From: Candidatus Zhuqueibacterota bacterium
Lineage (GTDB): Bacteria; Zhuqueibacterota; Zhuqueibacteria; Residuimicrobiales; Krinioviventaceae
DNA: 64,000 nucleotides
NCBI GenBank assembly: GCA_016934825.1
Contig: JAFGSB010000067.1
Coordinates: 7,280 to 71,279 of the forward strand
Reading direction: 5' to 3'
Below, piece after piece: positions 59,734 through 64,000 of this stretch. Made by a program: the position numbers and the translations under genes. The first letter of the stretch is position 1. Every line of letters begins with the position of its first letter. The notes under the pieces are model-generated. The model ran no database searches. It was not told the origin of the DNA and worked only from the letters and a program-made list of their open reading frames with translations.

Positions 59734-61010
59734 GGTTTATAAAGTCAGTTTTTTTGGTGATACTTTTTGCATTTATTTTTACCGGCGCGTTTTCACAAGA
59801 GTATGATTTCGAAATTCCCGAAGAAGAGGAAGCCAAAATAGAATTTAACGGTAATCTCGATGCGAAATGGGGCATACTGAAAACCCGAGAATCATCACCA
59901 TTTTTCGGATTACAGTTTTATGATCTTTCTGAAAAAGATGATTATCTCTCTCAGTACAGGCTCGATTTTTATCTTGACGGGGTCTATCGTCATAAGCAAA
60001 TTGGTCTTTTTATGAAGACTTTTTACCAGTATGCCAAAGAGGAACCCCTTTCGCCATCCTTTTTTGAATTGTACGGCAGCCTGAATTTTTCGCCGCGTTT
60101 GAGTATGAGTATCGGCAAACGGCGCTTTAACTGGGGAAAAGGATATGTCTTTAATCCTGTGGGTTATGTAAATGCTGAAAAAGACCCCGAGAATCCTGAT
60201 CTGGCTTTAGCAGGTAAAACGTCAATCTATTTCAGTTACAACAAAAGTTTTAATTCCGATGTATTGCAGAATTTTTCTATGGGGGCGATCCTGTTACCGC
60301 CTGAAGCCGAGATCAATGATAAGTTTGGCTCTGCGGATAAAATCGGAGTGGCGCTTAAGCTTTATTTTCTGCTGAAAAATATGGACATTGATTTGATGGC
60401 TGCTTTTAAAAAAGATGAACCACAGCGGCTGGGTCTGGACTTTTCAACCAATCTGCGGGAAAACCTGGAAATTCATGCCGAGTTTAGCTATGCTCAGGAT
60501 GAAACAAAGCATCTTGTTAATGATGGGTCTGTTACCCAACATAAAATGGACGGCGGTTCGTATATGTTGGGATTGCGCTATCTCAATCGGTCCAATACGA
60601 CGCTCATTGCTGAATATTACCACAACAATATCGGTTTGTCAAAGAAAGAGTTCACATCTTATATAAACTATTTGGGTAACAGCCTGAAGAGCAATAACCC
60701 TGAATTGATTAATTCTGCAAGATTGAATATGTCGAACATCTTTCGTTCTAAAACATTAATGCAGGATTATCTTTATTTGAAACTTATTCAGCCCGAACCT
60801 TTTTCCTGGCTTTATTCTTCAATTTCTGTGTTCACTATTTATAATTTGGTTGATAATAGTTTTCTTGTTTCTCCTCAACTGAGCTATAAGCCATATACAA
60901 ATTTCGAGGTTCTGTTGTGGCCTTTTTTATTCTTTGGCGGCAATGATACAGAATATGGCAGTAAACAATTTGAAAAGAAAATAGAGTTATGGATGCGATT
61001 TTATTTTTAG
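59730..61010 (+). CDS. Hypothetical outer-membrane protein (predicted beta-barrel)
   Basis: Signal peptide (FTGAFSQE). Alternating amphipathic beta-strand pattern and an aromatic C-terminal residue (..WMRFYF). ATGA overlap with the upstream gene. Confidence 0.5.
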   Translation: MRFIKSVFLVILFAFIFTGAFSQEYDFEIPEEEEAKIEFNGNLDAKWGILKTRESSPFFGLQFYDLSEKDDYLSQYRLDFYLDGVYRHKQIGLFMKTFYQYAKEEPLSPSFFELYGSLNFSPRLSMSIGKRRFNWGKGYVFNPVGYVNAEKDPENPDLALAGKTSIYFSYNKSFNSDVLQNFSMGAILLPPEAEINDKFGSADKIGVALKLYFLLKNMDIDLMAAFKKDEPQRLGLDFSTNLRENLEIHAEFSYAQDETKHLVNDGSVTQHKMDGGSYMLGLRYLNRSNTTLIAEYYHNNIGLSKKEFTSYINYLGNSLKSNNPELINSARLNMSNIFRSKTLMQDYLYLKLIQPEPFSWLYSSISVFTIYNLVDNSFLVSPQLSYKPYTNFEVLLWPFLFFGGNDTEYGSKQFEKKIELWMRFYF

Positions 61011-61400
61011 TTTTTCTACTAAAATTTATTTTCAATTACCAAAATCAGAACATATTATTTAAAAGTTTTTAATTCTTTGGGTAGTGAGATTGAAACACTT
61101 ATTAATACCTATAAATCAGCGGGTGAATATGAAATTAATTTTAATGCATACAAGTTATCATCAGTGATATATTTTTATAAATTACAATACGGAAGAATTA
61201 TTAAAACCAAAAAAATGTTATAATTGCGTTAATTGATTGAATATAAAGAATTAAAGCGCCTAACAAAAGTATGCAGTGAAGGCAGGGGCTTTGGAGTTAT
61301 TTTCACGTTTAGAGCTCAAATTTTATTGAGCTTGAAGGTTCTGTGCATCCTTTCCTTGCGTCACTGATGCTTATCGTAATATTTATGAAAGGATTTTTTA

Positions 61401-62720
61401 ATGAAAAAGTATTGTATTCATTTGCTGATTATAATCGGGGGAGTTGTCCTGTTGGCAGGCGCGGTGAGTTCCACATGGGCGGAGGATGGATTTGTTCCGC
61501 TGTTCAACGGCAGGAACCTTGACGGCTGGGTCAATGTCAATTGTGCCCCGGAGACCTGGACCGTCAGCGAAGGCAGGATCATCTGCACCGGTATACCGAC
61601 AGGAGTTTTGCGGACAATAAAACAATATGAAAATTATATTCTTGAACTGGAATGGCGTCATTTAAAAAAAGGCGGAAACGCCGGATTGTTCATCCATTCC
61701 GACGCGATAACGGCGCCGGGACAGCCATTTACCCGGGCCATCGAATGCCAGATTATGGACGGTAACGAGGGAGACATGTTCGCCATACACGGGGCGAAAA
61801 TGACGCCGGACAATTCAAAACCGACCAGGGAGGGAATGCGGTCTTTCCCGAAGGAAAAACGGATGCGTCCGACAGGTATCTGGAACCATTACCGTGTTGA
61901 GAGCAGGGACGGCATACTCACCCTGGCCGTGAACGGCAAAGAGGTGACCCGTGGATTTCACCTGAATCCGCGAAAGGGTTATATATGTCTGGAATCGGAG
62001 GGCAGTGAGGTCCATTTCCGCAACATCCGGATCAGGGAACTGCCGGGCTCAAATCCCCCGCCGGAACTGATCGCCGCGGCAGATGAAGGATTCCGCTCAT
62101 TATATAACGGACTGGATTTACGGGGCTGGAAGCAGACGCCGGGCAACAAGGAACACTGGCAGGCCAAAAACTGGATCCTGGATTATGACGGGAAAAGCAC
62201 CGCCCAGGGTGAAGATGTGCATCTGTGGACGGAAAAGGGATACGGCAATTTTAAAATGATCGTGGATTGGCGGCTTCCGGATGAACCCGTCACGGAAGCG
62301 GTGCCGGTCATCCTCCCGGACGGCAGTACTGCGGTTGACGACAAAGATAAGGAAATAACCGTACCCGTACTGGATGCCGGAGACAGCGGTATCTATCTTC
62401 GCGGAATTTCAAAATGCCAGCTCAACATCTGGAACTGGCCGGTGGGTTCGGGTGAGATATGGGGATACCGCACCGATGAGAAGCAGACGCCGGCAACCCG
62501 CCGGGCCGCGACGCCGATAATGAACGCGGACAATCCCGTGGGCCAGTGGAACCGCTTTGAAATCACCGCCATTGGCGACAGGATAACGGTTGTCGTTAAC
62601 GGAAAAACGGTCATCCGGGACGCGCGTCTTCCTGGACTGCCCGGACGCGGACCCATCGCCCTGCAGCATCACGGCGATCACGTGCAGTTTGCCAATATCT
62701 ATATCAGGGAACTGGATTGA
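61401..62720 (+). CDS. Secreted protein with two DUF1080 (3-keto-disaccharide hydrolase / LamG-like) domains
   Basis: Two copies of the DUF1080 pattern: FVPLFNGRNLDGWVNVNCAPETWTV...HFRNIRIREL and FRSLYNGLDLRGWKQTPGNKEHWQAKNWIL...QFANIYIREL. Signal peptide. Confidence 0.8.
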   Translation: MKKYCIHLLIIIGGVVLLAGAVSSTWAEDGFVPLFNGRNLDGWVNVNCAPETWTVSEGRIICTGIPTGVLRTIKQYENYILELEWRHLKKGGNAGLFIHSDAITAPGQPFTRAIECQIMDGNEGDMFAIHGAKMTPDNSKPTREGMRSFPKEKRMRPTGIWNHYRVESRDGILTLAVNGKEVTRGFHLNPRKGYICLESEGSEVHFRNIRIRELPGSNPPPELIAAADEGFRSLYNGLDLRGWKQTPGNKEHWQAKNWILDYDGKSTAQGEDVHLWTEKGYGNFKMIVDWRLPDEPVTEAVPVILPDGSTAVDDKDKEITVPVLDAGDSGIYLRGISKCQLNIWNWPVGSGEIWGYRTDEKQTPATRRAATPIMNADNPVGQWNRFEITAIGDRITVVVNGKTVIRDARLPGLPGRGPIALQHHGDHVQFANIYIRELD

Positions 62721-62874
62721 GGCGGCGGTCCGGTTAAAGCGGGTCTCAGCTACGAGTAATATATTTGTTAAATATGGTAATGATTTTATCGCGCGACGCG
62801 GATTTCTGTTTATATTTGTAGTCAATATAAAGGGGCGGACTAAAAATTATATCAGGGCAATTATTTGAAAAGAA

Positions 62875-62903
62875 TTGACAATATTGTTTTATTCTTTTAT
62901 ATT
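62875..62903 (+). promoter_or_regulatory. Putative sigma70-type promoter (TTGACA-17-TATATT) at the boundary of the AT-rich islet
   Basis: TTGACA at 62875..62880, 17-nt spacer, TATATT at 62898..62903. Confidence 0.3.
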
Positions 62904-63027
62904 TCGTTTGTTAATGATACATCCGATATAATAATCCTGAATACGGGGAATGCTGTTTTAGTCAAGCGAGACGAAAATGAATTGTTCAGAATCAAATAGT
63001 TCAGCTTAGATAACAAAAGCAAACGAG

Positions 63028-63360
63028 TTGTTTATAATGAAAAAAGAAATAAAAATTGTTATTAATGATTTTGTAACGGAAACCCGCAGCTTGCTGAAAG
63101 AGAATCTGGTCGGACAATACTTGTTTGGATCTTATTCACAGAACAAACAGACAACTCATTCTGATATTGATATTTTGATCATCGTTAAATCCTATGAAAA
63201 GCATATAAGAAGACAAATAAGCGCTTTATCATCAAGCTATTCTCTGGATCGGGGGATTGTTATTTCTCCGATTATTAAGGATGTCGTTATATGGGAAAAA
63301 AACAAAAAATATAATACACAATTGTATAAAGAAATTATCAAAAACGGTATTTTACTATGA
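63028..63360 (+). CDS. Nucleotidyltransferase-domain protein (MNT-type, HEPN/MNT toxin-antitoxin partner)
   Basis: Pol-beta-like NTase motif GSYSQNKQTTHSDIDILIIV. 110 aa. Confidence 0.75.
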   Translation: MFIMKKEIKIVINDFVTETRSLLKENLVGQYLFGSYSQNKQTTHSDIDILIIVKSYEKHIRRQISALSSSYSLDRGIVISPIIKDVVIWEKNKKYNTQLYKEIIKNGILL

Positions 63361-63422
63361 ATGATGATAATAAAATTGATCTGGCCCGATATCGACTCAA
63401 AAAGGCCAAAGACGAAAAATAG
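63357..63422 (+). pseudogene. Truncated HEPN-domain gene remnant (21 codons) overlapping the MNT stop by ATGA
   Basis: MNDDNKIDLARYRLKKAKDEK-stop resembles the first helix of HEPN partners of MNT (..A.YRLEKAKE.L..A). A premature TAG follows and no in-frame continuation exists. Confidence 0.4.
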
Positions 63423-63452
63423 AATTGCAACCAGATAAAGGGGAATTGATAT

Positions 63453-64000
63453 ATGACTAAGAGAAGACAAAGAAATTCAATTATAATATTATCTATTTGT
63501 ATTGGAATCATAACACTAACAGTCTTAGGGTATTCAATTTATTTTTATCAAAAATATTTTGGTTTTACTCCGTCTATAAATCATCAAACATGGGCAGAAT
63601 ATGGTTCTTTTTGGGGAGGAATTTTAGGTCCTTTATTTAGCTTCATCTCGATATTGTTATTAATAATTACATTAAAACAACAAAAAATGATTTCTAATCA
63701 TCAAATATTTGAAAGTAGTTTTTTTAAATTATTTGAACTATTTGAAAGAAAGAGAGACTCTTTTAGAATTGAAATAAATAAAAAGAAAATAATTTCAAAT
63801 ATTAATGGGAAAAAATGCTTTGAACATATTTATGACTCATTAAATAAAGAGTTTGGGAAAAATAATGTTAAGGATGTTGATCAAACTAGAGCTAATATGA
63901 TATATAGTACCAATTTTTCACAGGAAATAACATCAAATTATGAAATATATTTAAATCAATTGTTTTCCTTGATAAAATATATTGATGAGTATTGTTTTAT
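63453..64000 (+). CDS. Two-TM membrane protein with putative abortive-infection (putAbiC-like) character, 3' end outside window
   Basis: ATG with an AAAGGGGA RBS, open to the window end, and absent from the ORF track because it has no stop. TM1 (IIILSICIGIITLTVLGYSIYF) and TM2 with a WAEYGSFWGGILGPLFSFISILLLIITL glycine-rich motif, followed by a K/E/N-rich cytoplasmic region. Local GC is visibly lower than the rest of the window. Confidence 0.5.
   Translation, partial: MTKRRQRNSIIILSICIGIITLTVLGYSIYFYQKYFGFTPSINHQTWAEYGSFWGGILGPLFSFISILLLIITLKQQKMISNHQIFESSFFKLFELFERKRDSFRIEINKKKIISNINGKKCFEHIYDSLNKEFGKNNVKDVDQTRANMIYSTNFSQEITSNYEIYLNQLFSLIKYIDEYCF

Overview
This is a largely syntenic chromosomal window from an AT-rich bacterium, read almost entirely on the + strand. 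The type-A T9SS C-terminal sorting domain and the PorV/PorP-like barrel point to the FCB superphylum (Bacteroidota/Ignavibacteria/Marinimicrobia-like), not firmly to Bacteroidota itself. The window opens with the classic origin-proximal block yidC(3' end)-mnmE-mnmG-rsmG-mfd. Two identical perfect 16-bp palindromes, TGTTCCACGTGGAACA, flank mnmG; they match the canonical parS centromere motif. Housekeeping genes follow: three parvulin/SurA chaperones, a DUF4159 / large membrane coiled-coil / TPR / secreted cluster, yjbQ, ftsEX, hrcA-grpE-dnaJ, a comEA plus PilM-like cluster, rsmD-coaD-pta, an aminotransferase, and fmdB. The accessory part contains four items. (1) A 3127-aa secreted adhesin-like giant has Ig-like N-terminal repeats, about 20 tandem CARDB-like domains and a type-A T9SS C-terminal sorting domain; a small paralog of its N-terminal domain precedes it, and a PorV/PorP-like beta-barrel fused to a TPR domain follows it. 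(2) An unusual partner-switching module: one ~1410-aa membrane protein fuses an RsbW-type HATPase kinase, two TM helices with an extracytoplasmic loop, HAMP, a PP2C (SpoIIE/RsbU) phosphatase, a transposase-derived tandem HTH, a ~550-aa acidic disordered region and C-terminal TPRs; a STAS antagonist with its own C-terminal extension follows, and no sigma factor is nearby. (3) tRNA-Ser(TGA), tRNA-Ser(GCT), gltX and tRNA-Gln(CTG). (4) A TAT-secreted Gfo/Idh/MocA oxidoreductase and a double-DUF1080 protein, both GC-richer, separated by a MacB-like ABC / LolA-like / NifX-like / OM-protein cluster. The last ~1.1 kb is a sharply AT-richer islet carrying an MNT nucleotidyltransferase, a truncated HEPN remnant and a 2-TM Abi-like protein that runs off the window. 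No rRNA, CRISPR or transposase genes were seen.
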